Part shown: positions 27,910-37,264 of the stretch, one piece after another
Numbering within the stretch: position 1 is the first letter of the stretch
Layout of the letters: every line of letters begins with the position of its first letter
The notes under the pieces: model-generated
What the model was told of the DNA's origin: nothing
What the model saw: the letters and a program-made list of their open reading frames with translations, nothing else
Database searches by the model: none
Program-made: the position numbers and the translations under genes
Virus record (IMG/VR): IMGVR_UViG_3300003322_000571
Span: 286,090 to 350,089 of that record
DNA length: 64,000 nucleotides
Strand: one strand, 5' to 3'

Positions 27910-29849
27910 AGCATTCCTTTGAGCTCCTCGACGCTGATCACCGTAACTCCCAGCTCGCGCGCCTTTTGCGCTTTGCCAGACGTGCTGTTCGGTTCAGCGG
28001 TCACAAGATATGTAGTCTTGCTGCTGACACTGCTGCCCATCTTTCCACCAACTTCGACAATCTTCTTTTCAAGATCGCCGTTGCGGAAGCCAGTGAACAC
28101 GAACGTTTTACCGCTCAGAGAGCCGGTCTTTGGCGGCTCATACTTTGCCAAAGTAACGAAACGTTCAATCTTGGCAAGGAACTCTTGGAACGGCTGATAA
28201 CCAGCAGCAATCTTCGATGCAGTCTTGTGCTCGAAGCCTTCCACCTGAACGATGTCGACCACGTTCGCACACTTCGACATATCGCCTTGGAATGCCTCCC
28301 ACAGCTTAAGCATCTTCCGCTTGCCGACACCACGACCAAACGCACTGTGCGATCCCATCAGGACGTACAGAGGGATGTTCGTGAACTTGGCACGCATATT
28401 GTCGAAAATCTTCTTGCCAATCGGACGCGAACCAACCAAACTTTGGATGTCTTCCAGAGTCAGTGTGATAATCGATTCCGGTGTGTCGAACCCCATATCA
28501 AACATCTGACGGAGGTTTCCTTCACCGAGATGAGGAACGTCAATCGAAGCAAAGAAGTCGTTAAGACGCTCAAACTTGACCGTTGCATTGTCGTTGACGT
28601 TCGCAACGACGATATCAACGCCAGTGCTCGTCCAAACAAAGTCATCGTCAGGCAGTTGAGGTTCGGCACGTTCGACGACCTCAAGGATGAACGGGATCAC
28701 ATCACCAGAACGAGTGATCTTGATCTTAGCACCAGGACCAATGCCGTTCTCTTGAATAAACTTCGCATTGAAGCCAGTAGCGTGCTTGACGGTGACGCCA
28801 ACCAGTTCAACAGGGTCGATCTTGACGCGAGGTTTGTAGTAACCGTCCTTAGACAGATTCCACTCAACCTCTTTGACGGTCGCGACAGCAAGGTTGGACG
28901 CATCAGCGACCTTGAACTTGCGTGCATAGCCGGGATTGAGCGAGCCGGGGTTGGCCAGACGTGCGCGAGTAGTGGGATCATTGACTTCAATCACAATCCC
29001 GTCAAGTTCGTACGGAGAGAACTTACGACGCTCGTTAAGGATTTTCGTCCATTCGTCATCGTTCATCTCACCAGCAACATGAGCACGATACGGGACGACA
29101 CTGAAGCCGAGCTGTTTCAGCTTCTTCAGCTGTTCGACCTTCGACAGCGATGAGCCGACGATTTCATATGCGATCACGTCGATGTACTGATAGACCGTGT
29201 CGTTCAGTTCAGACGAATTCATCATGCCAGAAGCGGCATTACGCGGGTTCTTGTATTCGCGACGAAGTGTGCCCTTAGGAAGCTGAAGCAGTTCCTTGAA
29301 CCGTGCAGGAGAGATGATCGTTTCTGCACGAACGGTGATTGGCTCACCGTTGTTATCGATCTTCTTAGGGACGTTGTGGATCCGGCTGATGTGACGAGTG
29401 ATGTCAGCTCCACGTTCGCCGTCGCCGCGCGAGTATGCGATCTGCAGGTTCCCACCTGCATTATACAGCATCATGTTCGATGCACCGTCCAGTTTGTCGG
29501 TGTCGACCACAGTTTCGTTACTGAGTTTGTTGTCAGCAACCCACTTCTGGTAATCGCCTTGATACACTTGATCGAGCGATCCCATCGTGAACGGCAGCTT
29601 GAGCTTGCCGCCACGAACAGCACTACCAACGCCCGTGAAATATACATCTGTCGGTGCAAGACGCTGTGCATATTGCTTGAGCGCATCGTACTGAGCATCA
29701 TCCATCACAAGTTCGCTCGATTCCTCATTGAAATAGAGGTCGTCAGCGAGTGTGAGGATTTCGATAATCCGTGCTACGGGCGTTTCTTCAAACGAACCGA
29801 GGACGAACATTTCAGTAACTGTGCGCTTTGCATCGCTCAAGGTGGACAT
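27906..29849 (-). CDS. ligA: NAD-dependent DNA ligase
   Basis: KLDG, SRGDG, KNPRNAASG, LDGIVI, HATGFN, C-terminal BRCT (FVFTG..VSSKTTYLV). Confidence 0.95.
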   Translation of the reverse strand: MSTLSDAKRTVTEMFVLGSFEETPVARIIEILTLADDLYFNEESSELVMDDAQYDALKQYAQRLAPTDVYFTGVGSAVRGGKLKLPFTMGSLDQVYQGDYQKWVADNKLSNETVVDTDKLDGASNMMLYNAGGNLQIAYSRGDGERGADITRHISRIHNVPKKIDNNGEPITVRAETIISPARFKELLQLPKGTLRREYKNPRNAASGMMNSSELNDTVYQYIDVIAYEIVGSSLSKVEQLKKLKQLGFSVVPYRAHVAGEMNDDEWTKILNERRKFSPYELDGIVIEVNDPTTRARLANPGSLNPGYARKFKVADASNLAVATVKEVEWNLSKDGYYKPRVKIDPVELVGVTVKHATGFNAKFIQENGIGPGAKIKITRSGDVIPFILEVVERAEPQLPDDDFVWTSTGVDIVVANVNDNATVKFERLNDFFASIDVPHLGEGNLRQMFDMGFDTPESIITLTLEDIQSLVGSRPIGKKIFDNMRAKFTNIPLYVLMGSHSAFGRGVGKRKMLKLWEAFQGDMSKCANVVDIVQVEGFEHKTASKIAAGYQPFQEFLAKIERFVTLAKYEPPKTGSLSGKTFVFTGFRNGDLEKKIVEVGGKMGSSVSSKTTYLVTAEPNSTSGKAQKARELGVTVISVEELKGML

Positions 29850-29909
29850 AAAAAGGCTCCGATATTAGATTCGGAGTGATTATACTTCCACCCTGAGTTT
29901 TCGTCAACG

Positions 29910-30965
29910 TTAGACTGCTACGTCCATCTTGATCAGAGGTCCGGGCGTATATCCTGTAATTACAAAGTCATCCAGGACAAATCCATCGATATCTTCCACC
30001 TTACGCTTAAAGTGCAAAGTTGGCGACGGCTTAAATGGATTCTTCAATTGCTCACGCAATTGTTCAACGTGATTTTCGTAGATGTGGACATCGCCACCGT
30101 TCCAGATAAACTCACCCGGAAGCATATTTGTCACTTCACAAAGCATGCGTAGCAACATGCTGTATTGGACGATATTAAATGGCACACCAAGTCCAACGTC
30201 TGCACTACGCTGGTTAAGCATCATCGACAAACGGTATGTAGGAATATCCGCTTCCGTCAATGCTTGCTCTTGTTCGCTGTCAGTAGCTTCAATGAAGTCC
30301 TGAGGATTTGACGTAGTAATACGAAGGAACTCAGACACTCGCTCTTGTTTAGACAAAGGCCTTGCATATACTTGGAACAGATAGTGACAAGGCGGGAGAG
30401 CCATATCAGGTAGATCTGCAACGTTCCATGCACTGACAATCAACCGACGGTCATTCGGATTTGTCTTTAGCTTATGTACGAGTTCAGCTAGTTGATCAAC
30501 TGGTTGATCTTCTACGAAATACTCTGTGATCGGACTTGCCAGAATTCCTGAATCGATCGGATCTGGACGCTCGTATTGTGTATGCGCGTATTTGTACTTC
30601 TTCCATTTACGCCATTGCACACCATATACTGGTCCGAGATTACCGGCATGATCAGCCCATTCATCCCAAATCCGTACATTCTGTTGTTGGATGTTCTGAA
30701 TGTTTGATTCACCTGCGACAAACAGATCGAGTAGTTCGACGATCGTTCCACGCGTGAACATTTTCTTCGTCGTTAGCATCGGTATCGTAAAGTCGCTCAG
30801 ATTAAACCGCATTTGATATCCAAAAACGGAGTATGTACCAATGCCAGTGCGATTCGGTTTATACACACCGTTATCGAGGACGTACTTAACGAGCTTCAGA
30901 TACTCTGGATCATGACTAGCAGGTGGAAACCCAAACTTTACTTGAGTGTTGATAGTTTCTGACAT
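29910..30965 (-). CDS. thyA: thymidylate synthase
   Basis: RTGIGT, GPVYGVQWR, RRLIVSAWN, LPPCHY, QRSADVGLGVPFN. Confidence 0.96.
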   Translation of the reverse strand: MSETINTQVKFGFPPASHDPEYLKLVKYVLDNGVYKPNRTGIGTYSVFGYQMRFNLSDFTIPMLTTKKMFTRGTIVELLDLFVAGESNIQNIQQQNVRIWDEWADHAGNLGPVYGVQWRKWKKYKYAHTQYERPDPIDSGILASPITEYFVEDQPVDQLAELVHKLKTNPNDRRLIVSAWNVADLPDMALPPCHYLFQVYARPLSKQERVSEFLRITTSNPQDFIEATDSEQEQALTEADIPTYRLSMMLNQRSADVGLGVPFNIVQYSMLLRMLCEVTNMLPGEFIWNGGDVHIYENHVEQLREQLKNPFKPSPTLHFKRKVEDIDGFVLDDFVITGYTPGPLIKMDVAV

Positions 30966-31288
30966 TTGTATTCTTGTTCTGCTGCTTTTTTAGCGCCTTT
31001 CTTCGTCAGATAGGCAATACCTTTATAGTAGGCGGTTCCATCATCCATGACGGTCACAGTTGCATAAATCTGTTCTGTCACGGGATCAACCATCAGAAAG
31101 CGTTTATTGACTTCGTGCCATTCAACTGCTACCTTTTCCGTCTCTTTAATCGCTTCTGTAATACGGACAAAATCAGACGTCCGCTTGGTTTTTGGTTTGC
31201 AAAATGGGCATACGCCATTTACCAAATTTCCAGGAGCTGCTCCGCAGCTCCCACAATAGCCTGGACGGCATTCATCGTAATGTCCCAT
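30938..31288 (-). CDS. hypothetical zinc-ribbon protein
   Basis: CGSCG...CPFC. Confidence 0.6.
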   Translation of the reverse strand: MGHYDECRPGYCGSCGAAPGNLVNGVCPFCKPKTKRTSDFVRITEAIKETEKVAVEWHEVNKRFLMVDPVTEQIYATVTVMDDGTAYYKGIAYLTKKGAKKAAEQEYKCQKLSTLK

Positions 31289-31291
31289 AGT

Positions 31292-31486
31292 TTAACTCAC
31301 TACAAAAAGTACGTTTTGACGAACCCACTTCTTCCACGTACCGACTGTAGTGTCGACGGGTGTGATTTCGTATTTGATATCGATCTTGCCCGAAGGCAAG
31401 GTTTGTTGCGATTTTCGGCCTGTTTTTTGTACTTCGACGTCTTCAAACACGTATGTTTGAAGAACGTCTTCTTCGTCAGCGTTCAT
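31292..31486 (-). CDS. hypothetical protein
   Basis: 64 aa in operon. Confidence 0.6.
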   Translation of the reverse strand: MNADEEDVLQTYVFEDVEVQKTGRKSQQTLPSGKIDIKYEITPVDTTVGTWKKWVRQNVLFVVS

Positions 31487-32283
31487 TAGATTGTCAACAG
31501 AAGATCCGCCACTTCTTCTAATTCTTGTTGTTCAGCGGGTGTTCGGAGATGCTTTCCGACGTAGTTCCGATCTTGCGAGAAGATTGGAATGTCGTCATCA
31601 ATATGTAGTCCCTTAACGTCGGGCGCTGACGATCTCGTGATGCATGAACCGCGTTTCATCCAGGTAGGCAAGTCGTTCCAGTTGACGCCTTTTTCCAGCA
31701 TCAACATGTCGTGAACTTCACTGTTCTTCTTGCCATGCATCTGTTTTTGGCTGAAGTGATAGTGGCCGAGCATTTGAACGCTGTTACGCGATGCATCGTT
31801 CTGACGCCAGATGAAGTAGTTTACGACTTCTTCTTTCGGAAGGTTGTAAACGCGTGCATCAAACTTAGCGTAGTCGCTTAGCTTTTCCGGTTTTTGATAT
31901 TCGTGGAACTTGAAGTTGAAACCGTTCGTGCACGTCGATGCAGCGATCGACACCATCTTCTGGACGTTGTTGCCGAACCAGGATTGTGTTTCAAGTGTAT
32001 CCCAATCGCGGATCAGGATCGAAATCTCATCAGACTGCGTGTATGTTAGTGTAGCGTTCTGCACTTCTGTATGGACGGCAAGAGCCGCGGCCTGCATAGC
32101 ATTTTTCATCATGCTACTGAAAGGCACGGTCTTTAGGTCTGGATCGAGGTGTTTGAGTCGCTTCGTAAACGTGTGAAACGCTTTACCGTCAAGACGAATG
32201 ATGACGGGCATGCGACGGATGAGATGTGTTTGGGAGACGGCTTCGTATTCCTTCATACGATCGCCAAGAGAGTCGTGACTCAT
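31486..32283 (-). CDS. thg1: tRNA(His) guanylyltransferase Thg1-like protein (3'-5' polymerase)
   Basis: RLDGKAFHTFT, YTQSDEIS, FDAR, YFIWRQ.D..RNS, GVNWND. Confidence 0.92.
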   Translation of the reverse strand: MSHDSLGDRMKEYEAVSQTHLIRRMPVIIRLDGKAFHTFTKRLKHLDPDLKTVPFSSMMKNAMQAAALAVHTEVQNATLTYTQSDEISILIRDWDTLETQSWFGNNVQKMVSIAASTCTNGFNFKFHEYQKPEKLSDYAKFDARVYNLPKEEVVNYFIWRQNDASRNSVQMLGHYHFSQKQMHGKKNSEVHDMLMLEKGVNWNDLPTWMKRGSCITRSSAPDVKGLHIDDDIPIFSQDRNYVGKHLRTPAEQQELEEVADLLLTI

Positions 32284-32337
32284 GGTGGGTATCCTTCTAC
32301 TAAGAATTAACCCACCTATTGTCTCACATTGTGGTTA

Positions 32338-32718
32338 CTAAGTCAACAAATGGTCTTCTTGGGTAACAAGCGACTGTTTGTCTTTGTTTTGCTTCTTCCA
32401 CCAACGTACAAGCGTCAATGATGTAGGAATCAAATAAGCGCTGTAGAATACGTTGATTACGACGATTGCGTCTGCGATTGTTGAAGCAAGATATGGCTCG
32501 CAGATCAAGTAAACAGCCATTAGCAAATTGGCTGCGATCATGAATTTGACGTTGCTCTTATCGGTTGGCCTGCAATGACGATTGCACTTTGTTGCAAAAC
32601 GAATCATGTTGCCATACGCAAACATCGCGTATGTTCCCCACGAAAGTACGAGAGCAGACCACAACGACAGAACGGTAGGTAGATTACTGAGAATCGCTTC
32701 CGTTGTAAGAGTATCCAT
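32338..32718 (-). CDS. multi-TM membrane protein
   Basis: AGGAG RBS; ends TAG TAA. Confidence 0.65.
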   Translation of the reverse strand: MDTLTTEAILSNLPTVLSLWSALVLSWGTYAMFAYGNMIRFATKCNRHCRPTDKSNVKFMIAANLLMAVYLICEPYLASTIADAIVVINVFYSAYLIPTSLTLVRWWKKQNKDKQSLVTQEDHLLT

Positions 32719-32896
32719 CCTGGTCTCCTGTCTTTTTCTGAGTTTCTGCAGCGGCCTTAGCTGCGAGTTGAGCGTAGTAAGGCTTGTGTTGCGTATGCAG
32801 GTACTGCACACTGAAACCAATGCAAATAGCACCCAAAACCACGATTCCAATAGCGCGCAACACTTGCACTACCAGCGAGCGTGAAGATGTGTTCAT
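32684..32896 (-). CDS. small membrane protein
   Basis: one TM helix; CATAAATA upstream. Confidence 0.55.
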   Translation of the reverse strand: MNTSSRSLVVQVLRAIGIVVLGAICIGFSVQYLHTQHKPYYAQLAAKAAAETQKKTGDQDGYSYNGSDSQ

Positions 32897-32996
32897 AAAG
32901 TATCCCTCCGGACTGTGAGGTTATTTATGGGATAAGGGTGAAACACTGAAAAAACAGGTTTGCCCCCATAAATATCTTCAAGGTAGGGAGAAAATC

Positions 32997-33314
32997 ATGG
33001 CAACGAAACCTAGGAGCCAAAGTAATGGGGTTGCGATCCGATTCCCAGAGATGCTTACACTAAAGGACCTGATTACAATCGTGTCGTTTGCTGTGTCTTT
33101 GACGGTCGCTTGGGGTGTGTTCAGCACACGTATTGCACTGTTAGAAAAGGAAGTCGTTACATTGCAGGCGGTTGACGCCAGCAAGACTGCATCTATTGAA
33201 AAATTGCAATCGCAGGTCCGTCGTCTGGAAGCTCACCAGCAAGATGATGAATTGATCTTAGACCAAGCGTTTATGATTATGCGTCGTCCACCTCCACTAC
33301 GTCGTGCAGAATAA
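32997..33314 (+). CDS. TM plus coiled-coil protein (holin/XhlA-like possible)
   Basis: TM helix then coiled coil; CATAAATA at 32967. Confidence 0.65.
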   Translation: MATKPRSQSNGVAIRFPEMLTLKDLITIVSFAVSLTVAWGVFSTRIALLEKEVVTLQAVDASKTASIEKLQSQVRRLEAHQQDDELILDQAFMIMRRPPPLRRAE

Positions 33315-33315
33315 G

Positions 33316-33340
33316 AAAAACCGGCCTAGGCCGGTTTTTT
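33316..33340. terminator. bidirectional terminator
   Basis: AAAAA-CCGGCC-TA-GGCCGG-TTTTTT. Confidence 0.8.
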
Positions 33341-33346
33341 GTTGTG

Positions 33347-34141
33347 TTAAGCGTCTTCTGCTTCAATGTCTTCAGCCGCGATAATCCACGCTTTGACGAA
33401 TCCACTACGGAGAATGTCGTACTTTGTGAACAAGATGCTTGCAAAGTTACCTGTCCTCTCCATTACACGTAGTGCCTTAGGGAAGCCGGACTCGTCACCC
33501 TTCTTGCGAAGGTCCTTCTGTGGCAAGTCGCCTGCAAAGATCACACGACTGTTCTTACCGAGACGAGTCATGATCGTGTTGATTTCTTCCCAGTTCATGT
33601 TTTGACCTTCGTCAACAACAACGATTGCATTGTCCCATGTCAAGCCACGTGCAAACGACGTTGATTCGAACTGAACAATCTCAGCTTCCTTCATATCTTC
33701 ATACGTTGATGTACGACCGAATAGTTCCTTGAAGATGTTGACGTATGGCTTTTCATACACAGCCATCTTTTCTTCGTCTGTACCTGGCAAGTGGCCAATT
33801 TCACGGGCTGGGACAGCTGAGCGAACAATGATCAAACGTTCTGCATCTGTATCCGGATTGAGAATCTCGTTCATTGCAAGCCAGATAGCTCCCATCGTCT
33901 TACCTGTACCTGCAGAACCGTGAGCTGCAATATTGTCTCCGTTGAAGAATGCTTCATACATTTCACGAAGTGGAGGTGTGACGGGTTTGAGAACTTTCAG
34001 ATCATGGCGTGTCCATGTCTTACGCTTTGGTCCAGTTTCGATGGCCCTGCCGTTAGAGACAAGAGCTTGTTCGAGTTGAAATACATTGTTACGGTGTGAC
34101 TTGCTGCCGCGGAATGCCTTGAGGGCACGGTTTCTGGACAT
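33347..34141 (-). CDS. phoH: PhoH-like ATPase
   Basis: GSAGTGKT, IGHLPG, RGLTWDN, VVDEGQN, GDLPQ.D. Confidence 0.93.
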   Translation of the reverse strand: MSRNRALKAFRGSKSHRNNVFQLEQALVSNGRAIETGPKRKTWTRHDLKVLKPVTPPLREMYEAFFNGDNIAAHGSAGTGKTMGAIWLAMNEILNPDTDAERLIIVRSAVPAREIGHLPGTDEEKMAVYEKPYVNIFKELFGRTSTYEDMKEAEIVQFESTSFARGLTWDNAIVVVDEGQNMNWEEINTIMTRLGKNSRVIFAGDLPQKDLRKKGDESGFPKALRVMERTGNFASILFTKYDILRSGFVKAWIIAAEDIEAEDA

Positions 34142-34356
34142 AGGAATAGCCTCCTGGTGTTAGTGGAGTAGTTGCTTTGGGGGAGAGCATGCGGAAGGAC
34201 TCCGCATGTAGGGGCGGGCTGATGTGTGGAAAGCTGAGCGAAAGAGGATCGTCATTAACATCGTGCCGAGAAGTGAATTACTGAGGCAAACGTATTTATC
34301 ACTTCTGTTTTCTAACGGCCAAAACATACGAAAAGAGCGGGATATACCCGCTCTTT

Positions 34357-34944
34357 TTAGCTCAACTTTTGTTCAAGCAGTCCACGCTCCGCTTCGACGT
34401 CACGATTGATTGTCGCTTCGGCGTTGAATGTCGCTCCTTTGTTGCGAGCGCGGAGTTTGGCAATATTAGTCTCCTGAACCTTTTCCCAATCACCACCAAG
34501 TGCATCGATTGCAATTGCGTGATACCAGTTCAAGTCACCGAGTTCTTCTAGAATGTTGACACCGTCAATAGGTTGTCCGCTGTGAATTGATTGCCACAGG
34601 GCTTCCAGCAATTCTACCGATTCAGTTGCCAAGCCGATAATGGCATGAGCAAGACGTGGATCAACTTGAGGAATTGCTACTGGTGCAGTAGCACTGGACA
34701 GTTGGACGTTCGTGTTTGCGTCGTTCAACAGCTGTGTGTTAATTGCAAGGCGTTGTTCACGCTGAGCGTACTTCGTTGCGTCTTTGGGAAGACCGTAGTA
34801 CGTGTCCTTCTTGATCACATCAAGAAGGTTGCCTGCAGCAATCACTGCTTGCAGGACGTTAACGAGACGGGTTGCATCTGTTACGAATGCTGGAAGACGG
34901 CTTTCGGTTTGAATGGCGGCTGCCGTGTATTCTTGCAGGTTCAT
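34357..34944 (-). CDS. MazG-like NTP pyrophosphohydrolase
   Basis: HAIIGLATESVE, EELGDLNWY, NIAKL.AR. Confidence 0.8.
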   Translation of the reverse strand: MNLQEYTAAAIQTESRLPAFVTDATRLVNVLQAVIAAGNLLDVIKKDTYYGLPKDATKYAQREQRLAINTQLLNDANTNVQLSSATAPVAIPQVDPRLAHAIIGLATESVELLEALWQSIHSGQPIDGVNILEELGDLNWYHAIAIDALGGDWEKVQETNIAKLRARNKGATFNAEATINRDVEAERGLLEQKLS

Positions 34945-35013
34945 AAGAGTCCTTATTGTTATAGTTATGGTGCTTATGATCTAGCAATCAGGAACGGGTC
35001 ACAACAGCAAAAG

Positions 35014-35038
35014 AAAAAGCCCACCGAAGTGGGCTTTT
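35014..35038 (-). terminator. terminator after tRNA-Gly
   Basis: GCCCAC-TTCG-GTGGGC-TTTTT on minus strand. Confidence 0.8.
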
Positions 35039-35043
35039 GTTTG

Positions 35044-35116
35044 AGCGGGCAAAGAGACTCGAACTCTCGACATTCACCTTGGCAAGGTGATGCTCTACCA
35101 ACTGAGCTATACCCGC
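35044..35116 (-). tRNA. tRNA-Gly(GCC)
   Basis: full cloverleaf, loop TTGCCAA; no encoded CCA. Confidence 0.92.
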
Positions 35117-35173
35117 ATGAAGGTATATATGATTGGTCACTCGAAAGTCACCAATCATTTCCTTGGGTCACCG

Positions 35174-35764
35174 TCAATTCAGTTTGATTGGCTTGAGGAT
35201 ACGGCTATCCTTACCGACCATCTTTGACAAGAATTCCATTTGATCCGCAAGGATGTTGCGGTTCATCAGGATCAGATATTCAGCACGATTCGGTGTGTAC
35301 GGGACATACAACAGCTTCATACCTGCTTCTTCGAGCGTACGGTCATCCTTACGCTTGTTGCAGTTGCCGCAAGCAGTGACAACGTTTGTCCATACGTCAG
35401 GACCGCCCTTCGAACGTGCTTGGACATGGTCGCGAGTCAACTTTTCAGGCTTGAACTCACCACCGCAGTAAGCGCAGATATGCTGGTCACGACGGAACAG
35501 CGCTTTGTTCGTCAGTGTTGGAACACGGAACAAGCCCTTATCGCCAACTTCACCCTTGACCGCAATGATCGTGTTCATGTCCATGAACGATTGCGTACCT
35601 GTGATTCGGTTTTCACCACCATAAATGGTGAATTGCGATTCAGTAGGTGTCCACGCAACGAGATCCTTTGCGTAGTAGTACGCAGCGTCTTCGTACGAGA
35701 TCCAGCGGCATGGATTGCCGCCTGCGTCAAGTTGTAGGATTAGCGGGTGTTCTCTCGCCATCAT
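35174..35764 (-). CDS. HNH endonuclease (McrA-like)
   Basis: CAYCG, TRDHV, GGPDVWTNVVTACGNCN.RK. Confidence 0.88.
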   Translation of the reverse strand: MMAREHPLILQLDAGGNPCRWISYEDAAYYYAKDLVAWTPTESQFTIYGGENRITGTQSFMDMNTIIAVKGEVGDKGLFRVPTLTNKALFRRDQHICAYCGGEFKPEKLTRDHVQARSKGGPDVWTNVVTACGNCNKRKDDRTLEEAGMKLLYVPYTPNRAEYLILMNRNILADQMEFLSKMVGKDSRILKPIKLN

Positions 35765-35856
35765 AGTTCTCCTTTGGGGGGTTGGGGGTTTAACACCGCT
35801 TGTATTTACAGTATTAACTTCCCCACTATCCCGCTTAGTTACCTTTTTATCAACAG

Positions 35857-36162
35857 TTACTCTTTCAGTAATGAGTAACGACGTAGTGGTCGACGGCGTT
35901 CACCACTGAGAGGTTCAGTAGCAATTGCTGTGTAGCCAGTGTCGTAATCAGGCTCGTAAAACATCCGGTACTTGATACCATTTTGGTCCAAGTGTGCAGC
36001 TGCTTTAAGCAAGTCCTGTTCGTTGTTGATCCCGAGCAGCGCCATATGTGAGTGACGACCAAAGTGTTCACCCGCCTCATGTGCTGCATGAGCTGTTTGC
36101 ACGATTCGCTGAGGACCAGTAAGGTCCTTGCGAATGAACAAATACGTATACGGCGTTTCCAT
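35857..36162 (-). CDS. peptidyl-tRNA hydrolase (Pth2)-like protein
   Basis: FIRKDL..QTAHAA, FYEPD.D.GYTAIAT. Confidence 0.7.
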   Translation of the reverse strand: METPYTYLFIRKDLTGPQRIVQTAHAAHEAGEHFGRHSHMALLGINNEQDLLKAAAHLDQNGIKYRMFYEPDYDTGYTAIATEPLSGERRRPLRRYSLLKE

Positions 36163-36163
36163 G

Positions 36164-36508
36164 TTAGTTCGAATTCATCAGAGCACCATACAGGCGCTTG
36201 AATTCTTCGTCTGGAATGTCGAAGCCGTACGTCTTCTGAAACTGTTCCCTGTTACGCAATCCACCGTACTGCAGGTTGCCCTTGGCAGTAAGGTATGAGT
36301 AACGGGGATTTGTTCCGTTGGTCAGCTTGGTTTTGTTGGTGACAGCCGTGAATCCACGATCAGCAGGCAACTGACGAATCAAATTGTGCAAGACAATTTC
36401 AGACGGCGTCAACGAACGTTGAGCAGCTAGAGCGTGGAAACGGTTACGAAGAGCGCGGAACGATTCGCGCGAGAGGAATGTAGTATCGAAAGTCATGTTA
36501 ATCTCCAA
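36164..36508 (-). CDS. hypothetical protein
   Basis: 114 aa, GGAG RBS. Confidence 0.65.
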   Translation of the reverse strand: MEINMTFDTTFLSRESFRALRNRFHALAAQRSLTPSEIVLHNLIRQLPADRGFTAVTNKTKLTNGTNPRYSYLTAKGNLQYGGLRNREQFQKTYGFDIPDEEFKRLYGALMNSN

Positions 36509-36645
36509 AAGTTAATGTTCACATTGCATGTACACGGACAAACGTCCGAAACTTTGGGATTAACAGGTGGGCCGGTTGAGCGGCAGATCTACAGCTTGGT
36601 CATGAGGATTGCTCCTTGGTTAGTGATGATGTCAGTATATATGCG

Positions 36646-37032
36646 TTAGTTACTTTTAGCAACCTGGTTGGGGTGAAATGGGTTGATGATGCCGTGAATT
36701 GTGATTTCGCTTTTTGACATATCTTTGCGAACACCAATAAACATTTCTGTAATTGCATATGCTTCGTATGCAATCATTTCGTCGACATCATGATATACAG
36801 CGATTGGCTCAAGATCGAAGTCTTCAATCAATGTGTACATCATACCGCTTTGGAAGTCATCGAATTGACCCCACTTCGGTTCCGTCAACGTTGGGAACAG
36901 TTGTTTCCATTCCTCTTGTTGCTCACGTGTTCCAAACAGTAGTTCATGTTCACGTTGGGTAAGTTTGTTCAACTGGTCCGCCTTCAGGGTAGTGATCAAT
37001 GATTTCATTGACAGTGAATTGGTCACTGCCAA
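36646..37032 (-). CDS. hypothetical protein
   Basis: 128 aa; start uncertain. Confidence 0.55.
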   Translation of the reverse strand: MAVTNSLSMKSLITTLKADQLNKLTQREHELLFGTREQQEEWKQLFPTLTEPKWGQFDDFQSGMMYTLIEDFDLEPIAVYHDVDEMIAYEAYAITEMFIGVRKDMSKSEITIHGIINPFHPNQVAKSN

Positions 37033-37264
37033 TAGCTCCGATTAACTGGTAATATTTTCCGTCGACCTTATAGCAGATATCCCAAGCTTGGAGAGAGGAG
37101 CCTTGATGGAACGGTTCAATTGACTGCTGATCAATTGCCTCGAGTACTTTGGTACGTGTTGCTTGATCGACTTCAACTTCTTCAAACCGAGCGATCGTTT
37201 TGCGAGCCCACTCGGAGATCCGATGTTGTTCATCTTTCGTTAGTTCGTCCCACGTCTTCATCAC
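36950..37264 (-). CDS. hypothetical protein
   Basis: 104 aa coupled to prs. Confidence 0.6.
   Translation of the reverse strand: MMKTWDELTKDEQHRISEWARKTIARFEEVEVDQATRTKVLEAIDQQSIEPFHQGSSLQAWDICYKVDGKYYQLIGAIGSDQFTVNEIIDHYPEGGPVEQTYPT

Noticed and set aside
29910-30965. Modified-base synthase (dCMP/dUMP hydroxymethylase)
   Set aside because: Canonical ThyA motifs, including the dUMP-specifying Asn (VPFN), are present together with DHFR.
11976-30965. Introns or inteins in nrdA, nrdB, topoisomerase, ligA or thyA
   Set aside because: The ORFs are continuous and of normal length, with no intein termini or intron cores.
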